This document shows, one piece after another, positions 39,626 through 51,959 of a stretch of DNA of 64,000 nucleotides. Origin of the DNA: Octopus sinensis (lineage: Eukaryota); NCBI RefSeq assembly GCF_006345805.1, contig NC_042997.1, forward strand, positions 157,170,001 to 157,234,000. Reading direction: 5' to 3'. The notes under the pieces are model-generated. The model made no database searches. It was not told the origin of the DNA and worked only from the letters and a program-made list of their open reading frames with translations. The translations under genes were made by a program, and so were the position numbers. Within the stretch, counting starts at the first letter, position 1, and each line of letters starts with the position of its first letter.

Positions 39626-39689
39626 CTTCATGACACTTCACGTTTCAGAACTGACTTATTGTACACGCCTATTTCCACACAAATGGTGA

Positions 39690-39774
39690 TGTATGTGTGA
39701 TGTATGTGTGAAGGTATGCATTATATGTATGTGTATCTGTGTGTTTGTATGTGAATGCATATATATATATATAT

Positions 39775-39836
<62 letters not shown>

Positions 39837-40282
39837 TGTATCTGCATGAATGTTTCTGGGTGTGTATTTGTATGCACGTATGAATGTATGCATGTGCATA
39901 CACAAACACGCACTGGCGAATAAGCATTAATATACACAGTCATACACACATACACGTACATACAGACAGACATATACATACATACACACATATACATACG
40001 TACATACATACATACATACATATACATACGTACATACATACACATGCACATATACATACATGCACACATACACACATATACATGTACACACATATACATA
40101 CGTACACATATACTGACACACATATACACACATGCCTACATACAGACACATACATATACATACATGCACACATACACACGCTTATATACAAACAAACATA
40201 CATAGATACACGCACATACACATACATACATTCATACATACATTCATACACCTATACATACATACATACATACATACATACA

Positions 40283-40315
<33 letters not shown>
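39690..40315. repeat. (TG)n/(TA)n then (CATA)n compound microsatellite
   Basis: Directly visible. Confidence 0.9.
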
Positions 40316-40316
<1 letters not shown>

Positions 40317-40610
40317 ACAGCTACCCGTACATTATGCGTTTATATATTTATAGACATCGCTCAACAAACTAACATACAGTAGATAGAATCTAGGAAGACT
40401 ATACTGAAGATAGCGAAGTACACAGTGTCAGCAGTAACCTCTGTCATGAAGAAAACTGTTATACCCAGAAGCATTACCAAACTCGTGGACTGCAGGCATT
40501 TTAATGACTCAAAGACTTTCTTTATGTTTACCATTTTGCGTTGATTCTATAAAGTTCTTGTGATTTAACCCACTGTTGATCTTATTTATTAGTTCTCATA
40601 ACTAAAACGT

Positions 40611-40826
40611 TTTTACTTGTTTCAGCCATTGGTCTGCGGCCATGCTTGGGTATCACCTCGAAGGGTTTTAATTGAACAAATCGACCCCCCTGGTATTTAT
40701 ATTTTTAAAGTCTAATTAGCTGATTCTATTCTAGTAACTAATTCTGTTCTCTTTTGCCGGACTGCTAATTTACGGAGATGTAAACAAACCAACGCCGGTT
40801 GTCAAGCGATGCGGGGAGAGGGTGGG
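40611..40826 (-). mobile_element. SINE family A 3' half
   Basis: ttttacttgtttcagccattggtctgcggccatgc through ccggttgtcaagcgatg. Confidence 0.75.
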
Positions 40827-41241
40827 AAAAGCAAACACAAAAGACACATACAGTGGGCATTATTCAATCTGATACTGTTGATTATAACACTCGCTTTTGG
40901 ATATTTCTGGGTACAACAATTAAAGTCAAAGTGACCCAAGATTTCATTAAAAAAATGAGAAAAGAACATTGTTCAAACGGGCGTGAGGTTTTAAAGAACT
41001 TCACGCTAAACGTCTGTCATTGCAAACATATAAGAGATTTAAATATACACAAGTTTTATATTAAAGGCATTAAATCTCAAATACATTCATAAAGGCATTC
41101 TACGAGAGGAGATATATAATTAAAGAGTGTTAATGAGGCTGACTACCGTTATATTAAAAGACATGACATTTCTTGGTTTCTAACACATTTTTTCACAGTA
41201 AACATGTAGACAAGCTCTAAAGATAATTAAATAGAAAATTA

Positions 41242-41549
41242 GTGGCAGTGTGGTAATAAGCTTGCTTCCCAATCACATGGTTCCGGGTTCAGTCCTACTA
41301 CGTGGCACCTTGGGCAAGTGTCTTTTGCTATAGCCTCGAGCCGACCAAAGACTTGTGGGTGGATTTGGTAGTGGAAACTGAAAGAAGCCCGTCGTATAGA
41401 TATCTATATGTATATGTATGCATGTATGTATTTGTGTTTGTCCCCCCGCCATCGCTTAACAACCGATGCTGGTGTGTCTAGGACCCCGTCACTTAGCGGT
41501 TCGGCAAAAAGTGACCGATACTAGGCTTACAAAGAATAAGTCCTGGGGC
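41242..41549 (+). mobile_element. SINE family A (tail truncated), followed by a second related head at ~41555-41710
   Basis: tggcagtgtggtaataagcttgc, ggttcagtcc, gcaccttgggcaagtgtctt, aagaataagtcctgggg. Confidence 0.8.
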
Positions 41550-41874
41550 AAATAGGCGCAGGCATGGCTGCGTAGTTAAAATGTTCACTTTGCAACTATA
41601 CAGTTTCGAGTTCAGTCCCGTAGAGCGGCGTCTTGGACAAGTGTCTTCTACTATTGTCCTGGGCTGATCTAAGTCTTCAGAGTAAAATCTAGTGGATGAA
41701 ATTTGGTGCGAACCGGTACCAAATAGTATCGACCGGTATCAAATAGTATCGACTGATACTATTTGTTAGTCAGGAGGAGCTTCCTCGGTGGATCTAGTTA
41801 AAAAAAATTAACTAAACGTTCAGTAAACAATTAATCAAGCGGTCAACCAATCAATCAATTAATATATGTATGAA

Positions 41875-41975
<101 letters not shown>

Positions 41976-41991
41976 TTATATATATATATAT

Positions 41992-42031
<40 letters not shown>

Positions 42032-42195
42032 TTGTATGTACAGACAATAGGTGACAATAGGTGTGCTTAAATGAATTTCATCTTAAACTCCGAATTCTGC
42101 ATCTTGTACTAGGTCCACTTATAGTGTGCTTTTAAGAGAAATCCAGGAGCTGATATGGAGGTAGTAATGATGATAAACAATATCGTCTAATTGTG

Positions 42196-42196
<1 letters not shown>

Positions 42197-42264
<68 letters not shown>
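42197..42264. repeat. (CTAT)n microsatellite, left flank of the Tx1 element
   Basis: Directly visible. Confidence 0.97.
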
Positions 42265-45004
42265 AACAGGGCAACAAAGCCACCATTCGGTCACTGGTAG
42301 ATGAACAGGGGCGCGAATTGCTCGAGCCAAGTAAAATGTGTGAGGCCTTTCAGCAGCATTTTGCCCGACTGTTCGGGACGAGTGGAGGGCAAGAACGTAG
42401 GGTAGACTTCAGTGCCTACCTACATAGCCTGCCACGACTCTCGACAAGAAAGGCAGGGTGCTGCGAAGGTGCCATCACGGCGGCGGAAGTGCGGGAAGCG
42501 ATGGCAGAATGCTCGAGGGACAAATCACCGGGTTTGGATGGTCTACCCTACGAATTTTACTATTGTATGCCAGACTTGTTTGGAGACGTCTTGGCAGCGG
42601 TATACTGCAACTGGCAGCAAAACGGGAGCATACCCGGTTTTGTGAGTCGAGGAGCTGTAACTCTGCTGAAGAAAGATCCAAACAAGGGAAACATTATAGA
42701 TAACTTTAGGCCAATCACTCTGCTCAATGCAGACCTGAAAATTTTGACAAAGGTGTTAGCCAAGAGGTTGGCGCTTGTCATGGAGAAACTGGTCGACAAC
42801 GCACAAACGTGCGCCGTGCCGGGCCGGAGCATCCATGACAACCTCCATCTGATGCGCTACATCATAGACAGGGTAGTTAACGAACATGGCATGGGTGGGG
42901 CCCTGATCAACTTGGATCAATCGAAAGCCTTTGATAGGGTAGACCATCGATACTTGGAGGCAGTCCTGAGAGCGGCTGGTTTCGGTCCCGTCTTCCGCGG
43001 CTGGATAGCTGCCTTGTACAGAGGCATCCGTTCGGTAATTCGCGTAAATGGACATCTATCGAGACCCTTCGACATTGCACGTTCGGTCCGTCAGGGATGC
43101 CCCCTCTCGGCGCTTCTATACGTATTGACTCTTGAGCCACTACTGCGGAAGCTGGCGACTCTGAGGGGCATCCCGCGAGAATTAGGATGCGGGACGAGCG
43201 TGTCTGCATACGCGGACGACGTCACCGTCATAGTGTCAAGCCACGAGCACATCGAGCGGGTCGGCGAGATACTGAAAGACTACGAAGCGGTGACAGGAGC
43301 AAAAATCAACCGGGAAAAGTCAGTGGGCTTGCGGCTCGGCACCTGGAGAAGCAAACCCATGCCGTCCACCAGTACCTCCGTCGTGGGACGCTGGACAGAC
43401 GGCCCGGTTGAGTTGCTCGGGGTCTGGTTCGGTCCGGACCTCCAAATGGAGAAGAACTGGAACGAGATAACGAGTAGGGTGGTCACTCTCGCCCAGCAAT
43501 GGGCCGAGAGGAAACTGTCCCTAAAAGGTCGGGCGGAGGTGGTGAACGCGTACATCGCGTCCATCATCTACTACCGCCTGACCGTCGTACCTTGTCCCGA
43601 CCCTACCATCACCAAACTAGAACGCATCCTCTTCCGCTTCTTGTGGAAAGGATGCGTCCCGATGGTCAGGCGATCCATTTGCTGTCAAACACCGTTAAAG
43701 GAGGGCTGGGCATGCCGTGGTTGATGATGCGCAGACACGCGCTGAGACTGCGACATCTCCGGCTCTATGTAGACGACGGTGAACAGGTGTGGTCGCCGTT
43801 TGTGAGGCACGCATTCCCGCAACTCGTCTCCATGACCGAACTACAGTCGTGGATCAAAAAGAGGCCGAAGAAGGGCGAATGGCACCGCGAGTGTCGCGTT
43901 TCTCAAGCAACTCTGCCGTCCCGGGTCGACCTTGAGTGACTTCAACACAACCAAAGCATTCTATAGGGGATTAGTGGAGGGGAGGTACGACGACGAGCTC
44001 GGGGCAAACCTGGGCGTCGACGAGGAATACCTGACCCGCCTGTTTCAAAACGACTTTCGGCCCGGGACCTATGGACAACTTCCAGAGATCCCTGGCCTGG
44101 CGGTGCTACCGAGAAGCGCTACCCGTTCGGGATAAGCTCTATAGGCATGGCTCGAGAAACACGGGGCCGACCTGCCCGAGATGCGGGCAGAGCGACGAAA
44201 CCGCTCTGCACGCAATCGTGCAGTGTCCAGCAATTTCCCACCTGTGGGCTTATGTCGAACGACTGCTGTCACGTGTGGGACGTGTCGGTTTATCCGCCGA
44301 GTCTATCGTTAATATCGTCACGCCTCCTTCCTTCAAACGGGAAGGAAGAGCTATTTTTATCATACTTGTGGCTATGGCGAAAGAATGTATCTGGTGGACG
44401 CGTCTGAAAGGATTAGAGACAAACACTTTCCTCTCTGGTCAATCTCTCATCAACTTCTTCAAGTATCACTTGAAGAAAAAAGTGAGAGTAGAGAGGCAAG
44501 TTTTGTCTAGTGAATGTTTTAAAAAAAGATGGGTGAATGTAGCAAGGATGGCACGTATGAATGACGAAGCCACCTTGACTATGATTCTATGAACCGTAAA
44601 AATTAATACAGAGAGTTGCTTATTTGCAAAAAAAAAAGAAGAAATATAACATGTGACTTCATTGACCGAGGTTACCGTGGTCTTTTCCGTAGGCTTTTCT
44701 TTCCACGGGTAAACCTCACCTGTCCTCCCCTTTACACTTCATATTGACATTTCTGTGATAACGATTCTATTGATCAATTTTTTTTTCCTCTCCCCTTTTT
44801 TTTTACCCCCCCCTTTTTTTTGTCCTCCTTCTCTCCTTTTACGATCCCTTTTGATCGACCCCCCCTTTTTATTTTATTTTATTTTTTATTTATATTATTA
44901 TTATTATTATATTGATTTTTTTTTTTTTAAACCTTCAAAAGAAAAGCTCTACCTTGTAATTTGTTCTATCTGTGTGCAGCCCTGTGTGGCTAAAAGAAAC
45001 AACA
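42265..45004 (+). mobile_element. Tx1/L1-clade non-LTR retrotransposon, 5'-truncated
   Basis: RT motifs KSPGLDGLPYEFY, FRPITLLNADLKI, LDQSKAFDRVDH, VRQGCPLS, AYADDV; CCHC zf-RVT motif CPRCGQSDETALHAIVQC; 3' UTR 44593-45004; endonuclease domain absent. Confidence 0.9.
42318..44592 (+). pseudogene. Tx1-type ORF2 (RT plus zf-RVT), split by about 3 frameshifts
   Basis: Coherent protein continues across ORFs 42318-43724, 43499-43939, 43932-44135 and 44071-44592; GC-rich relative to flanks. Confidence 0.88.
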
Positions 45005-45079
<75 letters not shown>

Positions 45080-45109
45080 ATAGATAGATAGATAGATAGA
45101 TAGATAGAT
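45005..45109. repeat. (TATC)n directly followed by inverted (GATA)n
   Basis: Directly visible; symmetry centre ~45080. Confidence 0.97.
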
Positions 45110-45326
45110 TCATAAAGGAAGCACAATGTGTGTGCGTAATGGTGAGTTTTTGTGTGTAACGCACTATAGAGTTTGCTATATTTTGCCAGAAGCTGAATCG
45201 GCAACGTTTAAATTCAGAGAAACGAATCAAGAACCAACAGTTTATAATGATTATGATTATGATGATAACAATATGGGGATGGTATCCAGCTGATAAAACG
45301 AAAACTAACGCGTGTACACACACACA

Positions 45327-45357
<31 letters not shown>

Positions 45358-46050
45358 CACACGTGCGCGCGCGCACACACAACACACATGCAAACGCACA
45401 CACATCACACATACAAGTACAGATATCTTGACACATATACATACATGCTCGATTGCTTCTAATTAAAATTAAAAAAGGAAAGGAACATCTTTAAAATTCC
45501 TAACATTATGTTTTCAGAAACAGCAAAAAGATTGCTACAGATATAATTTCTTGTTTAATTATATTCATGTGTCATTTTTTCCTTTTAATTTAAAGAAAAG
45601 AAGAAGGATGTTTTGTATAGCTTTTTTTATTACATTATTTTCGTTTTACTTCTTCAGTTTTGTCACTTAACTTTAGTTTTTGATAAAGGTTATGTAGAAA
45701 CTGCTTTTTTCATTCACATTTCGTTGTGGTTTTAGTTGGTTTTATATGGATTAAATATTCTAACCATTTTAATCTTGGGAACTCTTGTAAAAAAATAAAA
45801 GCAAAAAGTAAACACTTCCCAAAAAGAGAATTCTTTCTCTTCATGACGAAGGTCACAACTTTAGGATTCCATAAAAAGAACCTGAAATATAGAAAACATG
45901 GTATTCCATTAACTATCATGCACCAAGCCTCTACACGTTCGTTTGAACCAATAGAAATAACAGCTAACTCTCATATTACATAGATACTGTCTTTGGAATA
46001 TGACATACTCGAAAACGTAGTTCACTGTCTGGATAAGAATAAAAGAAAAA

Positions 46051-46265
46051 ACCGTTAGCACGCCGGGCGAAATGCGTAGCCGTATTTCGTCTACCGTTAC
46101 GTTCTGAGTCCAAATTCCGCCAAGGTCGACTTTGCCTTTCATCCTTTCGGGGTCGATAAATTAAGTACCAGTTACGCACTGGTAATCGATATAATCGACT
46201 TAATCCGTTTGTCTGTCCTTGTTTGTCCCCTCTATGTTTAGCCCCTTGTGGGTAATAAAGAAACA
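46051..46265 (+). mobile_element. SINE family B2 with ~19-bp target-site duplication
   Basis: B-family head and centre plus tail aatccgtttgtctgtcc...gccccttgtgggtaataaagaaa; flanks gataagaataaaagaaaaa (46032-46050) and gataagaatgaaagaaaaa (46266-46284). Confidence 0.85.
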
Positions 46266-46679
46266 GATAAGAATGAAAGAAAAAGTCATGATAGTTACAG
46301 TTGAATGCCTTTGATTATGTCATAAATTGGTTCGATCAGAAGTTGAAAGAGGAAAAACCAACAACAATTGGGGTTCATAGAATATATTCATCAAAATCAG
46401 GAGCTATGGGCAGGTTGTCTGAAGAATCGAACCCAGCACAAAATTACTCCCAGTTCAAGAGATGTGGTACACATAACGAATAAAATCAGCCTTTAGTGAT
46501 GGGAAGCTTTTCTTTCGAAGAATTTCATGATCAGCTACAGAAGAACTACATCACGTTGTGTGAACGGATAGGAAGAAAACTCCGGGATTGTGATGCAAAC
46601 TTCTTAACACACAGGATGATGTGGTCCTGTGTTCTTTATATATAAATAGTCAAATCAAATAGTCGAACATTAAAAGTAA

Positions 46680-46800
46680 CAATAACAAAACAAGAGGGCG
46701 TGCACATGGAATGTATTAGTTGGACGCTCGGTAAAATAGTGAGTTTTTGACGTTTCGAGCATATCTCTTCGTCAGAAAGAAAAGCAAAAAGTCCTAAAAA
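46680..46800 (-). mobile_element. Second copy of the hammerhead-bearing short repeat
   Basis: Homology to 935-1130; boundaries approximate. Confidence 0.5.
46746..46778 (-). ncRNA. Minimal type I hammerhead ribozyme motif
   Basis: Minus strand: ttt-CTGACGA-a-GAG atatg CTC-GAAA-CGTC-aaa; core identical to 1030-1062, loop II different. Confidence 0.6.
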
Positions 46801-47589
46801 GGCAAAAATGTCACCAAGAGCACGTGTGTAGTTATATTGCTGGATGGTCACGGCTGGAATGCTTTGATGACAAATCTGCTTGATTAGAGTTAACCTGGTG
46901 CCAAACGTTAACAGCAACTACTTTATCACACCAAATCTACTCTCAACTCTCTTGTAGTTCTTTTAGTCTCATTTTAACTTGTATTATTAGAATCCTATCA
47001 TGTTAGTTATCTTTTAAATTAACTTAGGGTTCTTATTTTTACTAATTTTCAATTGTATTACATCTCTCATAGGCATTTCTTTCTCTCATTCTTTGTCCTC
47101 CCTTTCTTTCTCTCTTCCTTCCAAAAATCCTTCACTCCAATCCTCTCCAACCTGTCACGACATTGTGAGTCTGCTATCCTCACTAAGGCTATCTGTCCCC
47201 AGCTACAGACATACATACACACGTCTCCTCTCTCCTTTCTTCTTCAGCTCGTGTTTTTAATACCTTAACACTAAATCAGAACAAAACAAACGGATATTGC
47301 CAAGAAACATTCGAAATTTGATGCGAATTTTATCACCACCTTTTCTCTTATCCATCTATATATCTGTCCACGTATCCGTTTATTCATCCGTCCAGCCATC
47401 CGTCTGTCATTTGTCTACCAACCGTCTATCTATTCGTCAGTGAGCGTGTGGGTGAGCCTGGTCATCTGTCTCTCGGTTTCTCTCATTATCCATAATCAAA
47501 TTTAATGATTTTTCTAAATTGTATTACTGATAAGACACAGCAATATCACAGTCGCAATAAGAATGATAGTACTCTTTTACTCTTTTACT

Positions 47590-47985
47590 GTTTTATTTGT
47601 TTCAGTCATTTGACTGCGGCCATGCTGGAGCACCTCGGGACTTTTTCTTTGTAAGCCTAGCCCTTATTCTATCGATCTGTTTTGCCGAACCATTAAGTTA
47701 CGGGGACGTAAACACACCAGCATCGGTTGTCAAGCGATGGTGGTGGAGGGAAACACAGACACACACACACAAACACACACACACATACACACACACACAC
47801 ACTTACACACACACACACACACGACGGGCTTCTTTCAGTTTCCCTCTACCAAATCCACTCACAATTCTTTGGTCGGCTCGAGGCGATAGCAGAAGACACG
47901 TGCCCAAGGTTCCACGCAGTGGGACTGAATCCGGAACCATGTGATTGGTAAGCAAACTACTTACCACACAGCCACTCCTGCGCCT
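47590..47985 (-). mobile_element. SINE family A, full length
   Basis: gtttcagtcatttgactgcggccatgctggagcacc through accacacagccactcctgcgcct. Confidence 0.88.
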
Positions 47986-48255
47986 ATGTTAATAGTATAT
48001 TAATAATATTACTGATAATAGTAATTATGTTAATCCTAATGATGATATTAATTATGGTACACATACTAGTAATACAAAAAACATTGCTGATGACAATAGC
48101 ATCAATCTCGATAACGATATAAAGATGATGACAGTGGTGATGATGATGATGATGATGATGATGAATGAACATTATTGTTGATAAAAATATAATTAGGGAT
48201 AATATTATTGATGACAGATAATATAATAATTGCTATGATGGTTGTAAAGACAACT

Positions 48256-48786
48256 CGCAGGCATGGCTGTATGGTTAAGTAGCCCACTTTGCAACCACGA
48301 GCCTTCAGGTTCAGTACCACTGCGTGATACCTTGAGCAAGTGTCTACTACTATAGCCCCGGGGCAGATCAATGCTGAGTGGGTGATGTAAATTTGGTAGC
48401 TGTGTGTGTACTTTTATCTTGAGTTATAATAAAAGCTGTTTAACATTAATCTGAAGAAATTACTCATTACTTTTTCAGGCCAAAATTTCAGAGTTGGTGT
48501 CAACCTTCTTGTAAAAGTATAATTAACGCACACACACACACACACACACGCACACACACACACACACGTGTGTGTAGTTTGTGCTTGTACCTTTCCCCAC
48601 CGCTTGACAGTTGCTGTTGGTTTGTTTACGTCCCCTTAATTAGGCGGTTCGCCAGAAAGTAGCTGATAGGAATAAGCGCCAGACTTAGAAATAAGTCCTG
48701 CAGTCGATTTGTTCAACAAATCACTTCAAGGTGAGACCCCAGTATAGCTAGAGTCCATTAACTGAAAGAAGTAAAAGATAAAAGAG
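48256..48786 (+). mobile_element. SINE family A, degenerate full length
   Basis: Head gcaggcatggctgtatggttaag...ggttcagtacc; tail region accgcttgacag...aactgaaagaagtaaaaga. Confidence 0.65.
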
Positions 48787-49168
48787 ATATTAAAATGTCT
48801 GTAATGGAGAGATTTTCTAAAGTCTACGCAAGAAAGAAGTGGAAAGGGGCAAGAATGTTCGTAATGAGAATTAAGTTCTTGTATCTGTTTCACTTTTAAA
48901 AGGGAAGAAGAGTCAACTGGGTGATTTGTGGCTGACCTTCCGGTGATTATAGTGTTTACAGAGGCTTATACGGTGCTAAATATCATGTTATGTTTGGCAT
49001 TGAGAGGTGGAATCATTATCTGGCAAATGTGAGAGTCTATTTGTAGAAGATAAATAAAAGTAATGTGTTTTGTAAGAAGCAAGCCAGATACAGTGGTGGC
49101 AGAGTTATAGAAGTGTTTAGAAAGCTACAGTGGTAAGATTGGAGTGACTGTAAGAATTAAAATAGATT

Positions 49169-49315
49169 CCGCCGAGGTCGACTTTGCCTTTCATCTTTTC
49201 GGGGTCGATAAATTAAGTACCAGTTACGCACTGGGGTCGATGTAATCGACTTAATCCGTTTGTCTGTCCTTGTGGTGTCCCCTCTATGTTTAGCCCCTTG
49301 AGGGCAATAAAGAAA
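49169..49315 (+). mobile_element. 5'-truncated SINE family B2 with perfect 18-bp target-site duplication
   Basis: taagaattaaaatagatt at 49151-49168 and 49316-49333. Confidence 0.9.
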
Positions 49316-49615
49316 TAAGAATTAAAATAGATTGCTATCAACGGGTTTCCACACAGTTTCCGTCTATCAAATTCACTCACAAGGCATTGGGCAGTTCGCG
49401 GCTGCAGTAGAAGACACTAGTCCAAAGTGTCGCGCAGTTGGATTGAACCCAAAACCACGCGGTTACAAAGCGAGCTTTTTAACCATTCCATCTGGGATGA
49501 AGATAATTACTAGCCACATACGTACCAGAGTCGAATTTATCGACTATACTACTCCTCCCACAGAATTTGCGGTTTTTTATCAATGCAAGAAACCATTATT
49601 ACACAACATTGAGAA

Positions 49616-49825
49616 GACGGAGAGGTAGTAGAATTGTTAGTGCGCTGGACAGAATGCTTAGCGGCATTTTTTTCTGGATTTTTTACGTTTTGATTTTAAA
49701 TTCCGCCGAGGTCGACTTTGCCTTTCATCTTTTCAGAGTTGACAGTACTAGTCAAGTATCGGGGTCGATGTATTCGAGTGACGCCTCTCCTTAAAAATGC
49801 TGACCTTGTGCCAAAATTTTAAACA
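49616..49825 (+). mobile_element. SINE family B1
   Basis: aattccgccgaggtcgactttgcctttcatc through ccttgtgccaaaattttaaac. Confidence 0.8.
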
Positions 49826-50820
49826 ATTATGCAACATAGAAAGTGCGGTAGCAGCTGACTAAATTCATTACAGTATTTAGTTGTGACTCTTTAAGGTCGA
49901 AGCTCGAATTTGTTCGAGGTCGATTGCATCTCTCATCTCTTCGAATTCTCTCAACCGATAAGAATAAATAATGTGATTAGTATAATCGATTGTATTCCCT
50001 TCGCAGAAAATGTAGTGCCTTATGTCACCATGCAAGTGAGATGGTATGTGGTATGCTTCTCCCTCTGACTAAGTCATAGAAAAATGATACGTCTCTTTAT
50101 GCTCTCAGTAAATCAAATAGTTGTAAAACTTAGGTTATGTAATAGCAACAAGAAAATAACCCTCAAGATAAAAACAAAACAAAATAAAGATATAGCTATT
50201 TTCCTTCTGATGTTCATAGAAATTCTTAGATATTTTCGGGGGGAATTTACAGTTTTTCAGAGAGAAAATTTACGAGAAGAATAAAATGGAAACACTTCAT
50301 GTAGTGTCGTTTGCCGTTTTGTTGAGTCTATAAATAATACGTATATTAGAACAACAACGTTGAGTGTAGGCGTAAATAAAGAAGATGGGATAGTTACGGT
50401 TAAGAACCACACAATTCCGGGTTCGACCTCATTCTAATGCATTTTGAATTGATTGAAATTCGTTTTGACGGAATGTGTGCAGAAGCCTACCGGATAGACT
50501 GTTAATGTAGGTGATAGACGGAGTTAGTATACACAGTGACGTAGCTAGAATGTGTGCCGCTCGGAGAAGCCATTGAGTTAATACGCCCGGGATTCCACAG
50601 CTTATACAGGCTAATGCAGCAGGCCCCATAGCGCCGTCCCCATAAAAACATCCTCCTGGGCGGACTGCCCCATCATCTCCGCTACTGAATATGCACCCCG
50701 TTTAATGTCCCTATTTAAAAGTTAAGGGGCATTTAACAGATTCCACGGATACTAGCACTTAGGCCAAGTCCCCAGTCTGTAGGTAACTTCCTTCTAAAGG
50801 TATCGCAGACCTCTTCATAT

Positions 50821-51222
50821 TGGTTTCAAATTTTGGCACAAGGCTATCAAGTTCAGGGAAGGGGAAAAACCAATTACATCAACACTAGTGCTCCACTGGT
50901 ACTTTTTCTTATCGACCCCCCAAAGGATAAAAGTAAAGTCGACCTCGGGAGAATTTGAACTCAAATGGACGAAATGCCGCAAAGCATTTTGCCCCGCGTG
51001 CTAAGTATTCTACCAACTTGCCACTTCATATCGGTTGCAAATTTTGGCTCAAGGCCAGCGGCTTCGAGAAAGTGGGTAAGTCGATTACATTGACCCCAGA
51101 GCTCAGCTGGTACTTAATTTATCGACCCCGAACGGATGAAAAGCAAAGTCGACTCGGCGGAATTTCAACTCAGAACGTCAAAACGGACGAAATACCGCTA
51201 AGCATTTTGCGAGGCTTGCAAA
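50821..51222 (-). mobile_element. Two tandem SINE family B1 copies (50821-51024 and 51033-51222)
   Basis: Each starts ggtt.caaattttggc.caagg on the plus strand and contains aaagtcgac..cgg.gaattt.aactc. Confidence 0.8.
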
Positions 51223-51860
51223 CTAAAAAAAAAGAAAAAAAAAACTCTCTAGTTCGCTGCCTTAGCCACCTCTTCTCTTCATATTACAAGGATAAAACAA
51301 ACACAAACACACACTGAAATACATACATACGCACATGATGTCTTAGATAAATTACATTTAAAATAAAGAAGATGGGATAGTTACGGCAAGAATACCCTTG
51401 ATCAAGTCAGACCTGAAACTACACAAAACTGATATGTATTTTATCGATCTGAAGTGCAATCAATGTTAAAGACAGAATATACTAAAATTAATGTGACGTC
51501 ATAGCAAAGAACACTTGGTTTCAAGGATATAAGGCCAGTATTGCAGTAAAGTAGCATTCCAGTATGCATTTCGGTGTATTTAGTTTCTGGTTCTCTATAC
51601 TTATCGGTCGGTGATTTAGAGGGGAAGTGTCGTAATAATATTTTACTGACTTCCGGTCTAGGAAAATAGCTTTGAAGTTAGTATCGTTTCTTTTCAGGAT
51701 ATATCTTGTTTCATGTGTAAAATATCACGAATGACACAATCCACCCGCATATGTAAGCATACACATACACAAACATATCTAATACATACAATAACGTATG
51801 TGTGCATACACGTACGTATGTGTGTATATATATGTGTGCGTGTATATACATGTGCATGTA

Positions 51861-51959
<99 letters not shown>

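Noticed and set aside
41244-41256. miR-34-like word tggcagtgtggt
   Set aside because: It is the A-box region of a family A SINE head, with no precursor hairpin.
50374-51386. Exact 26-nt repeat aaataaagaagatgggatagttacgg at 50374 and 51361
   Set aside because: It appears to be part of a degenerate dispersed repeat (related words near 16660, 39060, 46290 and 46845), not LTRs or a TSD; I could not define its ends.
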